A program made the translations under genes and the position numbers. From the human T2T-CHM13v2.0 reference genome, Homo sapiens, in assembly GCF_009914755.1 (NCBI RefSeq), contig NC_060929.1: DNA of 64,000 nucleotides; one strand, given 5' to 3'. Below, piece after piece: positions 50,231 to 64,000 of this stretch. A model generated the notes under the pieces. It did not search any database. It was not told the origin of the DNA and saw nothing but the letters and a program-made list of their open reading frames with translations. Position 1 is the stretch's first letter; every line of letters starts with the position of its first letter.

Positions 50231-50456
50231 AAAATATTTAGTTTAAAATAATTCCTTTCTGTCCCCACCCCTAGGTGTTTTCCAGTTATGTAGGTGGTTA
50301 GCCTGAGGATGTGAATGCCGGTCTGTGCTACTCTTCTTAAAGGTATTGTCTTCCTGAAGGCATGCTAGATTCTCAGATTTCTTCTCTTCTAAAAATAGAA
50401 CAGTGTGCTCTTACAATAATTTAACCTACACTTACATGTTATGAATGAAAAGTCCG

Positions 50457-50805
<349 letters not shown>

Positions 50806-51393
50806 CTAAATTGTATTTAGTTTGATTTTAAAAGGCCCAAAAAAAGATGCATGGTGTTAAAATTTCAGTTGCAGAACTTGGGATTTGGTATATTTTCAGG
50901 GGTAGGAATAGAACCCCATTTCCTAAGAGTTTATAAAGAGTTGAGTAACAGTATTTTTCTAGGATTAAGTAAAGTCCTGTTTGGAAGTAAGTTTGTGAAT
51001 TAACTATGAATTAGATATGGCTGGGTTTCAAATATAGGGTATTCTAGTCAATTGAGTCTATAAATCACTTGTACTTGTCAAGCCACATGTCTCAATTTCT
51101 AGTTTGGAAAATATGGTCGCTATATTAGTTTACTAGGGTTGCCATAACCAAACACCACAAACTGTGTGGCTTAAGCAATAAAAATCTATTTCTCACAATT
51201 ATGGAGGTTGAAAGTCCAAGATTAAGGTGTTGGCAGCTTCGGTTTCTTCTGAAACTGCTCTTTGACTTACAGATCATTACATTTCCTCTATGTCCTCACA
51301 TGATCTTCTGTGTCTCTGTCCTGATATTCTTTTCTTATACGAACACCAGGCATGTCAGATTAGAGCCCAATATAAGACTTCATTTTACTTTAA

Positions 51394-51708
<315 letters not shown>

Positions 51709-51728
51709 TAATTACTTCTTTAAAGGCC

Positions 51729-52129
51729 TGTACTAGTCTGTTCTGTTCTCACATTGCCATAAAGAACTACCTGAGACTGGATAACTTATAAAAAGAAGAA
51801 GTTTAATTGACTCACTGTTCTGCAGGCTATACAGCAGGCATGGCTGGGGAGGCCTCAGGAAGCTTACAATCATGGTGGAAGGTAACAGGGAGGCAGGCAC
51901 GTCTTCACATGGCTGGCAGGAGAGAGGGAGGGTGAAGGGAGGGGTATTACACACTTTCAAGCAACTACATCTCCTGTGAACTCTGTCATGAGACAGCACT
52001 GAGAGGATGGTGCTAAACCATTAGAAACCACCCACATAATCCAATCACCTCCCACCAGGCCCACCTCTAACACTGGGGATCACAGTTCAACATGAGATTG
52101 GGGTGGAGACACAGAGCCAAACCATATCA
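51729..52129 (-). mobile_element. MaLR solo LTR, MSTA-like
   Basis: TGTACTAGTC...GGATGGTGCTAAACCATT...ACCATATCA; perfect TSD AGGCC. Confidence 0.9.
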
Positions 52130-53147
52130 AGGCCCTATCTCCAAATACAGTTATAGTCTGAGGCACTGCAGGTTAGGGCTACAATATATGAATTGTGATG
52201 AGGGGGACATAATTCAGCCCATAACAGTCCCTATGGGACTGGTCATATTGTAGCCTCCAGTGAACTTGAACTTTTTTGGGTCATTATGGCCCTACTCAGT
52301 GTGGCTTAAGAACACTTAAGAACAATGACAACCTCAAGGGGTTGACACATTACTCGATACTATGAAAGAATAATAAGTATTTTAATCCCAGAAAAAATAA
52401 AAATAACTATAATAATATAAATAAAATAATATTATATAATAAACATAAGAAGCCCAAGTGCCTCTAGATAATAAATAGCTTAGGCTAAAAACAGAATATT
52501 AGGTTACCAACTAGAATAAATGACATTTCACTACTTACTAATTAAAGTTTGTTAAGTGATCCGTTAATATTTTTTCATCACCCATTATAAGGCAAGCACT
52601 TTGCTTTGCTAGGAGAAATGAATATCTTCTGCCTCCTGTTTCTGAGGAGTTCCTAGTTCAGGATCTCATCCAGATACAGCAGGATCACATATCTGAGGCA
52701 ACCAGATGTCCACTGGGCTATCTGCCACTCCCTTCTTAGACCTAAATCATATCTGCTCAAACTCCTTGTCCATCAGACAGTGAAAGTTCAATGAGTTTGC
52801 CAAAATTTCTGGATATTCCTATCACACTCCCAGTCACCTCTGTTTTCTGCTTCCAGCTTCTGCTGAATTTTTGTTCTCCACTCTCTGTCCTGCAGCTGTT
52901 CCTTCCTTTTTTCCATGGAGTCAACACAATTGTGGGACACAACCCTGGATTGTTTGCTCTTTCCATGAAAATACGATGCACATGATGCAGCTCTCTGTGG
53001 TAAAGTTTTGCTGGCAATTTGATGACAAGGAAGGCATACTGCAGAACCATAGAGCAATTCATCTAAACTTGAACAACAGACTCCCCTATACTTCAAACTG
53101 TTACTTGGGGGTTTCCACCAACTCTAATTTCATTCTATCACTCTTGG

Positions 53148-53448
53148 TTTTTTTTTCTGAGACAGAGTCTCGCTGTGTCACCCAGGCTCCAGTGCAGTGG
53201 CGTGATCTTGGCTCACTGCAACCTCCACCTCCTGGGTTCAAGTGATTCTTGTGCCTCAGCCTCCTGAGTAGCTGCTACTACAGGAGCATGGCACTGTGCC
53301 TGGCTCATTTTTGTATTTTTAATAGAGACGGGGTTTCACCATGTTGCCGAAGGCTGGTCTTGAACTCCTGACCTCAGGCGATCCACCTGCCTCAGCCCCC
53401 CAAAGTGCTGGGGCATGAGCCCCATTATAGGCATGAGCCGTGCCTGTC
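53148..53448 (-). mobile_element. Alu (AluS-like)
   Basis: Antisense dimer. Confidence 0.93.
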
Positions 53449-54329
53449 CTCCACCACTATTGTGATGAGGACTCTTTCTGAACTCCCTGTTCCTGCTCCT
53501 TTTCCTTCTCTCCTCTTTTTCCTCCATTCTCCGCTTTCCCTCACCTGCCTCATTCCATCCATCGAATTCTCTTTTATTAATTAAGCAAAGCTGCTGAACT
53601 CTATTTTGGTAGTTTGCTTCCAAATTCCATCCTTAAGACCTCATCTTCTGCCCCTTATACGTAGTGTCATCCCCAAGGTGAAATGCTAGAGCTAGCTAGG
53701 AAAAATGAGCTTTCTGAACTAGAGACTCATGCAAAGCCATGAAACGTTTGCATCTAAGCAACATAAACAAGAAGATTTGTACAAATTCTGTGGAAATTTA
53801 GGATAAGATGTGAACGTCCTGTAGCCATTTCTGCAAATGTTTGAGCCTTGTCACATGAGGAGGTGACTCTTTCACAGGATCTTGAAGCATGAGAAGGAAA
53901 GACGACCCCCAACCTCACCCATTCTACGTGGAGGGAGTAGCGTAAGGGGATGAAGAACAAATGGCTGGAGCGCAGGGTCCTAGCGGTAGAAGACTGGGAA
54001 GTAAAGGGCAGAAAGTGGCTGTGGCTAAATTACTGATAGCCAGTGTAGGTTTGAATGGCAAAGCTTCAATTAGAGTTTTTACTTGTTTCACCTTTAACAG
54101 AATTTTCTGCAAAAGGCAGAGGCAGCTGACATCTTCAAAAGTTTAAGCCTTTCTACAGCAAAACTGCAGCAGCTCTATTACATTGAAACAGAAGGATGAT
54201 GGGAGGGAAATTCCTTTGGGTTCTTTGCTTGCCTATCAAGAGGACATGTAAGTCTCACAGGTTTTCCTGGATTCTTGGTTTCTAAAGAACGTATCTAAGG
54301 AAAAAAACATATCTAAAGGATACGTTTTT

Positions 54330-54790
54330 ATTAAAAAGGCAAAATCATGATTTCCATGAAAATGAACATGTGTAAAAGCTTTTATTTAACTCACCAATTA
54401 ATGAGATAATTAGTAAGATGTTACAATTGATTCAAAGGAAAATTCAAATAACACATATTTAGGCAATCAGGAATGCTAAAATGAATCTTAAAAATGGATG
54501 CAAAACTGGTCAGTGTTCATAGGGCAGTATTATTGGTTGTATTCCAGTGAAAAAAATTCATTTGCATTTCTGTGGACAAGAATCATTTGCATTATCTTTA
54601 GTTTTCTACAACTTAGAGAGTTGTAAAATAGCTCAAAGACAATGAAAACTGCAGGCCCTTGTAGAATCAGATAATCTTGAAGGGCATGCTACCCAGGAGA
54701 CACCTGTAAGTTTATTTATAACTTGCCCATTCAACGTCTTTCACAAGTTGTCCTTACCTTGGTAAATAGGCAGATCGTATGGGCCTGCCT
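54330..54790 (-). mobile_element. Possible old ERV1 LTR (LTR37-like)
   Basis: AAAGCTTTTATTTAACTCACCAATTAATGAG..AGTAAGATGTTA...CCTTGGTAAATAGGCAGATC; recalled similarity only. Confidence 0.35.
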
Positions 54791-54992
54791 TGATGAAATT
54801 AGAAGAATGAAATTTTCTGGCTTTTCTTCACTTTGAGGTCAAGTAGTTTGCTCAAAGTTTTCAAGTGGTTGACACAGAATGATACTTTATTTGGGACAGG
54901 ATCCATCCCATTCTCTCCTCCTGAACTTTCTTTTGTGAAGCTTCTCCTTCTGTATATTCTTAGTGTTCTGGGTCCTTTGCTTTGATCAGTGA

Positions 54993-55298
54993 TTTTTTTT
55001 TTCTTTCTTTCTTTCTTTTTTTTTTTTTTTGAGACGCAGTCTCGCTCTGTAGCCCAGGCTGGAGTGCAGTGGTGTGATCTCGACTCACTGCAACCTCCAC
55101 CTCCTGGGTTCAAACAATTCTCCTGCCTCAGCCTCCTGAGTAGCTGAGACTACAGGTGCGTGCCACCATGCCAAGCAAATTTTTATATTTTTAGTAGAGA
55201 TGGGGTTTCACCATGTTGGCCAGGGTGGTCTCGATCTCTTGACCTTGTGATCCACCCGCCTCGGCCTCCCAAAGTGCTGGGATTACAGGCGCCCAGCC
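54993..55298 (-). mobile_element. Alu (AluSc-like)
   Basis: Antisense dimer. Confidence 0.93.
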
Positions 55299-55926
55299 TG
55301 ATAGGTGATTTTTACTTAGCATTGTAGATATTTCTTCCCTGAATCTTATCACCATCAGCCCATGCCTTTCTCTGTCATTATGCTGGGCAGGTCACAAAAG
55401 CAAATTTAGATCAATTATATGCTCTAGAAGAGTAACACAAACAGCCTTCTTCTATTTTATAACAGTTATACACACTATGATTTATACTCACTATCAATAT
55501 TTCCATAACACCATGTAACTAGAAGTAGAGTCATGACAAAATAGGTGAAAAAGCCTTTAATGATTTGAGGAATTTTTGCTATTTCTTTTACAATAGCAGT
55601 CAAAAATGCCAGTCTGAGGAGTTTGAATTTAATCCTGTGATTCAGTGATCCCAAAGGCGCTGTGTCTTCTCAAAAGATGCAAAAGGTAATCCAGTTGGGA
55701 GTGGGCAAATATATTACAACTATTTGAATTTTATCTCATACTTTCATTAAAATTTAGTTTTTAAATTTATCTGCAGTAAAATTGAGTTTTTTTAATTGGT
55801 GTATAGTTTTCTGGATTTTAACACAAACATATAAGTTATTGCAACCTATTATAATAACATCACTATAATCAGGACATACAACAGTTTCATTACCCCTCCT
55901 CAATGACACAAGAGATCATGCCACAC

Positions 55927-56226
55927 TTTTTTTTTTTTTTTTTTTGAGACAGAGTCTCGCTTTGTCGTCCAGGCTGGAGTGCAGTGGCGTGATCTCGGCT
56001 CACTGCAAGCTCTGCCTCCTGCGTTCATGCCATTCTCTTGCCTCAGCCTCCTGAGTAGCCGGGACTACAGGCACACGCCACCACGCCTGGCTAATTTTTT
56101 GTATTTTTAGCAGAGACAGGGTTTCACCGTGTTAACCAGGATGGTCTTGATCTCCTGACCTCGTGTTCTGCCCACCTCGACCTCCCAAAGTGCTGGGATT
56201 ACAGGCGTGAGCCACCACGCCTGGCC
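55927..56226 (-). mobile_element. Alu (AluY-like)
   Basis: TSD TGCCACACTTTT. Confidence 0.95.
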
Positions 56227-56419
56227 CGTGCCACACTTTTAAATTTATATTTGTATATATATATAATTTTACAATATGCAAAATATATTAGCAAAGTAAT
56301 GCATGTTTATAATTTTTAAATAATCCCATTTTAGAGGTGTGTGCTCAAATGTTTTTACTAAGAGAGGCATATGGATATCAGCTAAACTTTTGTTTAAGAA
56401 GATAATTAGGCAACTGAGC

Positions 56420-56700
56420 TAAAACAGAGAACCTGGAGGTTGGTGGACAAAGTAGGAGATGATTGTAATTCCTCAAGCAAGACATGCTGAAGGCCTAGAC
56501 TAATGAGTGTCAGAGGAGGAAAGATGGATTTCAAAGACTTCTCCGAGGCGGGGTTGGGGAGGTGTTGGTAAATAGATGTGAGCATGAAGGAGAGGGAGAA
56601 ATTCAGTTTAAATGTCAGGTTTGCTACGTGGAAAGCAGGGTTGGTGGTGGTAGCATTCATGGGGAACTTGACTGACTATAGAAGGCAGAGCTGATTTATG
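56420..56700 (-). mobile_element. L2 fragment
   Basis: AAGATGGATTTCAAAGAC...ATAGATGTGAGCATGAAGGAGAGGGAG...CAGGTTT. Confidence 0.55.
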
Positions 56701-57304
56701 AACTGGGGAGAAACCATGATGTCATGATTTACATGATTTCATGTAAATGATGTGGAATAGTTTAGGTGACGGGATGCATATTGGAATTACCTTTTGGATT
56801 TATGGTAGATTATTCTAGCCAGTTGGAGCAGGTAAAAGATGCCTAGGCTCGTTTCCTATCTGTCATATAATCACCTCACACTCCTGGAAATGGGCTTTAA
56901 AAGGGACATTTCTTAATCCTTCTGAAAAATTGTAGTTCAGACTTTGGCCAATTAAACCTCAGGGGTGCTCTCAACTGGAAAACCACTTGGCACAGGGCAG
57001 TCAAGAACTGCTGTTAGTGGTCAGTGCCTGTTCTATCTTAACTCCTTCCCTGCTGAGAGGTCAGCTGGACTCCAGCAAAGGCCTGGATATGCATGAAAAA
57101 GGATGAGGGGTGAGGATGGAGAGGTGCATCTGTTCATCTGAGCATTCCCCTGTTTAGCTCTATAGCCAGGTCTGAGGCTATCATGGGCAAAAAAGGAAAC
57201 CCAGAAGGGCCTTGAGCTTATTTTAAAGTCAAAGTGAAAGACTATAGAGTCTTAATTATGAGTTGATATCATTTCAGAAACTTTTCTCTTGTAGCCTTTT
57301 TGAG

Positions 57305-57540
57305 CAGTGGTCTCTCATGTTACAGGGGAGGCCTGTACCCCTAAAAGTATGCAAGAAAATTGGATACAGATGTATTCTTTAATCTGAAAAAAAATAAAGA
57401 AGACACTAAGCTTTACTGATACTTACACATGACTGAGAGCAAGCAGTTCACGTGTAGAGTTGATAAATAAGTGTCATACTGGGGATGCCTGGTCAGAAAT
57501 CTTTTACTGATAGGGCCACATGACCCAGAAAGTTTGGGCT
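57305..57540 (+). mobile_element. Charlie4-like hAT remnant (related pieces at ~55640-55740 and ~56240-56375)
   Basis: CAGTGGTCTC...TACCCCTAAAAGTATGCAAGA...TTTTACTGATAGGG..CATGACC.AGAAAGTTTGG. Confidence 0.45.
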
Positions 57541-57952
57541 TTAATGGTGTATCAGAGAGATGAGAAGCAGGCAGGCTAGATAGAAGCAGATAGGTTTTTG
57601 CAAGTGAGAGGAGAGGGGGCAGTCGGGACAGTGAGATAAAGAGGAAGAGGCAGAGGGGATGGTATTTAGGAGGTAAATTCTACAGGATTTGGTGACTGAT
57701 GATTGATGAATTTTGAGTGAATCTTTGATAAGACACCCCGCCATGAAAAACAATTTTGTCTCCTTAGTGCTTCTAGAGACCTGCCATCATTTCTGTGATG
57801 GCAAAATTATCTACCTAGTTATTTGTCAGTCTTCTTCCTCTCTCCAAATGCCTTTGGAGTTGTATCTCCAGTAATTTAGTGGATACTAAATACATGTTGC
57901 TATGTGAATATTACATGAAATGTTTTAACAGCTCAAAATATGGAAGATAAAC

Positions 57953-58255
57953 TTTTTTTTTTTTTTTCCTGAGATAGGGTCTTGATCTGTCGCCCAGGCT
58001 GTAGTGCAGTGGCGCAATCTCAGCTCACAGCTCACTGCAATTTCCACCTCCCGGGGTCAAGCGATTCTCCTGCCTCAGCCTCCTGAGTAGCTGGGACTAT
58101 AGGCATGTGCCACCATGCCTGGCTAATTTTTATATTTTTAGTAGAGATGGAGTTTCCCCATGTTGGCCAGGCTGCTCTCAAACTCCTGACCTCAGGTGAT
58201 CCACCCACCTCGGTCCCAAAGTGCTGGGATTATAGGTGTGAGCCTGCACCTGGCC
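57953..58255 (-). mobile_element. Alu (AluS-like)
   Basis: Antisense dimer. Confidence 0.95.
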
Positions 58256-58287
58256 TAAGAAACATTTTTGAATTAGAGAGCGTTCTT

Positions 58288-58579
58288 GGCTAGACTCTGT
58301 GGCTCACGCCTGTAATCCCAGCACTTTGGGAGGCCAAAGAGGCAGGATTGCTTGAGCCCAGGAGTTCAAGACCAGCCTGGGCAACATGGCAAGACCCTGT
58401 CCATAGAAAAAATTTTAAAAATTAGCTGAGTGTGGTGGTGCGTGTCTATGGTCCCAGCTACTGGAAGCTGAGGCAGAAGGGTCACTTGAGCCTGGGAAGT
58501 TGAGGCTGCAGTGAACCATGTTTGTGCCACTGTACTCCAGCCTGGGTGACAGAGCAAGACTCTGTCTAAAAAAAAAAAA
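58288..58579 (+). mobile_element. Alu (AluJ-like)
   Basis: Full dimer. Confidence 0.93.
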
Positions 58580-59397
58580 GAGAGAGAGAGAGTGTTTCAT
58601 ATAATTGTAGGTTTTTATTTCAATAAAATAATCATGCATTATGATATGACGTGGACTCAGGGATCTTAACACCAGCCTTAGGATTCTGCATTACAATTTG
58701 GAAATTACTAGGGATTTGTCAATGACTACTGTTTGAAATTTACATGGTGATAAAGGACATTATTTTACTACCTGCAAGTATAAGAGTCAACATTAACCAT
58801 GAAAGTTATTTTCTCCTTACGAAAATATAAAAGTCAAAATTAGCCATAAAAGTTATTTCCAAAGCATTTCCTTTTGAACATGCAAGGAATGCTGACTATT
58901 CAACAAACAGTAGTTGCATAAAGAAGATTTTTGGTCCCATGATCTGGCTGAAGCTTTGCACAAACAGCTGCTTATCTCATGAATGGAATTTCCTGTTAAT
59001 ATTCTTGCAGGCTAATTGTTCATCAAAAGTACAACAAATGTCAACAAACATCAGAAACGTGTTACATCTTAATATTTACAAGACAGCAGAAATAGTTCAG
59101 ATGTTTAACTTGGTTGAGCTTAAAAGGCAAGAGTGCAATCTTTAGCCCTTGTCACAAACTAGTCTTGACGGGATTAATGCTATTCACATAAACCATTTGT
59201 TTTAAATGCCCTCTTTCCTGTTAATTTACAACAACATATGGCTTAAGATAGCACAGGATAAGGGAAGAAACAAAACTGTAACTTCAAACAGTATAGTTGA
59301 AAGCACCTTTGTTTTGAATGGATTTCATAGACTTTTCATCCCAACTACATATGGAAATAAATTTTCTTAGAATAAAAATGCTTCAAATGGACTCTTA

Positions 59398-59790
<393 letters not shown>

Positions 59791-60271
59791 TCATCAGACC
59801 ACCAGGGTTCGGATCAGAGGTGAAATTTAGAATCAGTAGAGACTTCCTGAAACACAGACAACAGATTTTTTTTTATAAGGCATTTCCAGGTTTTTGTCTT
59901 TTTTTCTCTCAGTGAAAGTAGCATTTTTCACTGAGGTGTCAATTCAGGAGCTGTTTCAGGAAGGTGCTCAGGGAAGATATTTTAGTACAACACTCCGGCC
60001 TCCTTCATAATACTAATCACGCCCTATTTTCCTTTCCTTAGCCCTAACAAACTCAGAGTGCTGAAACACTGGAAGCCAGCTACAGGTCTTTTTCCTTTCT
60101 CTTCCAGATGGTATGCATCTTGTTCCTCTTTCAGACACAGGTGAAAATTGAAGTTTCTAGAAACTGGAGTTTCCTTCTCATCTTGTTGGCATCTTCCCCT
60201 GGGGAGAGGGGTAATACCTCCACAGGTACTGGGAGCCACTTTTTGGGTTATAAGGAGGGAAGTTTAGTTAG

Positions 60272-60650
<379 letters not shown>

Positions 60651-60681
60651 CTGGCTAATTTTTTTGAAAAGTTTTTCTGTA

Positions 60682-60921
60682 GGTTGGATATAGTGGCTCA
60701 ATCCTGTAATTCCAGCACTTTGGGAGGCGGAGGCAGGAGGAACACTTGAGACCAGGGGTTCGAGACCAGCCTGGGTAACATGGTGAAACCCTGTCTTTAC
60801 TAAAAATACAAAACATCTTGGATCGCTTGAGCCTGGGAGGTCAAGGCTGCAGTGAGCTGTTACCGTGTTGCTGCACTCTGGCCTGGGTGGCAGAATGAGA
60901 CCCAGTCTCAAAAAAAAAAAA
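60682..60921 (+). mobile_element. Alu (AluJ-like, internally deleted)
   Basis: Left arm joined to distal right arm, A tail, then (TA)/(CA)n. Confidence 0.85.
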
Positions 60922-60943
60922 ATCATATCTATATCTATATATG

Positions 60944-61390
<447 letters not shown>

Positions 61391-61499
61391 TAAGGCTGGC
61401 ATTGTAATTTTGATATAAAAGAAATACAAATTAAAAAATAAAAGGCATGAAGAAGGTTAAATTTTAATTGGGAGTATTGGTACGAATCTGTAATTTCAG

Positions 61500-62110
61500 T
61501 GTATGCATAGCTCCTAGTCTTGATTTAAAGTGTTTATCTGTGCATGTATTCCTAATCAAGGAACCTAGAGGTGATGGTGTCCAGTAGCCATGAGATACCT
61601 GCTGCCCAGAATGGGTTTCTAAAGGCTATTAAAAGGAACCAGATCTCTTGGAGAATGGCTGATCCTAGGCTTGATTCAAGGAAAGTTCAAGGTGAGAATG
61701 GGAATCTTACCATGCCAGAAAGCAAAAAAGTGTCAAAAGCCAATGAAGTCATGTCGAAAGGTTAAGGACTAGCTTGACAGCCTTCCCACCAGGGAAGAAT
61801 TTTAGAAGAATTTGAGCATTATTAAGAATGATAAATGTTAGTGATTGTAAAATGTGGAGTAAATAAAAATATCTACATCTGTAGTTATAAAAAAGAAAGG
61901 AAGAATGAGAAAAAGAGGAGGTCTGGAAGTAACTACTGTAAAACTCTTTCCTCTGGAAATGGGTAACGATGTGGAAAAATTAGCATTTACTCTGCCTTTA
62001 TAAACCAATCAGTGGTTCATCTCAAGTTGATGAGGAAATGCTTCTCATCATGGGAGAATGCCAGCTAAGAAATATAAAGGATGACAGAATTTAAAAACAA
62101 TTATTCAACT
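61500..62110 (+). mobile_element. Old L1MC-like 3' region (continues ~63060-63490)
   Basis: AAAAGGAACCAGATCTCTTGGAGAATGGCTGATCCTAGG...CCATGCCAGAAAGCAA...GTCATGTC. Confidence 0.6.
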
Positions 62111-62114
62111 CTCA

Positions 62115-63050
<936 letters not shown>

Positions 63051-63492
63051 GAAAGTAAAACTATGATCATTTTTTTCCATTTCCAACCAAATAATTATTT
63101 CAGACAAAGTCATCAATGGGTGGCAAAACTACTAGGTGAAATTTCATTGGGGAAACAGTATATTCATGTGCCAGACTATCACAGGTTCCTGGCTAATTGC
63201 AAATAAAAAAAATATTGTAATGGAAAGATAGGATGGCCATTCCTTTCATCAAGTGATTAAGTTCAGCATCAGTAATAGTATGACAGATGGACAACATGTA
63301 CTATCTGATGTGATGGGAAGTACCCATCTCCTATGAACTGTACTTGCCTCAAATGCTTAATCTGAATATAAATTCACTAGACTTAAACTTCAGTTTACAG
63401 GACCAAGTGGGAAAACACACTCAAGTTAAATGCCACCATGAAGAGACAGTCAGACCAAGATAGATTGTCGACTATTCTATAAGAGAGCTGTT

Positions 63493-64000
<508 letters not shown>

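Overview
Primate (human-like) non-coding genomic DNA, intergenic or deep intronic. I found no credible protein-coding exon: the supplied ORFs are Alu-, LTR-, L1- or microsatellite-derived, or short chance frames. About 65 Alu elements or monomers (roughly 1 per kb) dominate the window. It also holds three LTR12 (HERV9) family pieces, several MaLR/ERVL/ERV1 solo LTRs (THE1D, MSTA, MST, MLT1, LTR16-, LTR33-, LTR67B-, MER67-like), L1M/L2/CR1/MIR remnants, DNA-transposon fossils (MER33, MER58, MER81, Tigger3a, Charlie4-like) and two Pol III RNA retropseudogenes (full-length Y1 RNA; 3'-truncated tailless 5S rRNA). I cannot support a new biological system here. The most interesting signals are footprints of non-canonical insertion and repair: an AluY with a ~75-bp flank duplication ending exactly at an older Alu, a TSD-less LTR12C 5' fragment inside an intact AluY, a fold-back inverted copy of an LTR/flank junction, headless and tailless Alu and L1 fragments, and the tailless 5S copy. 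Subfamily calls come from recalled consensus sequences, not a database search, and boundaries without a TSD are approximate.
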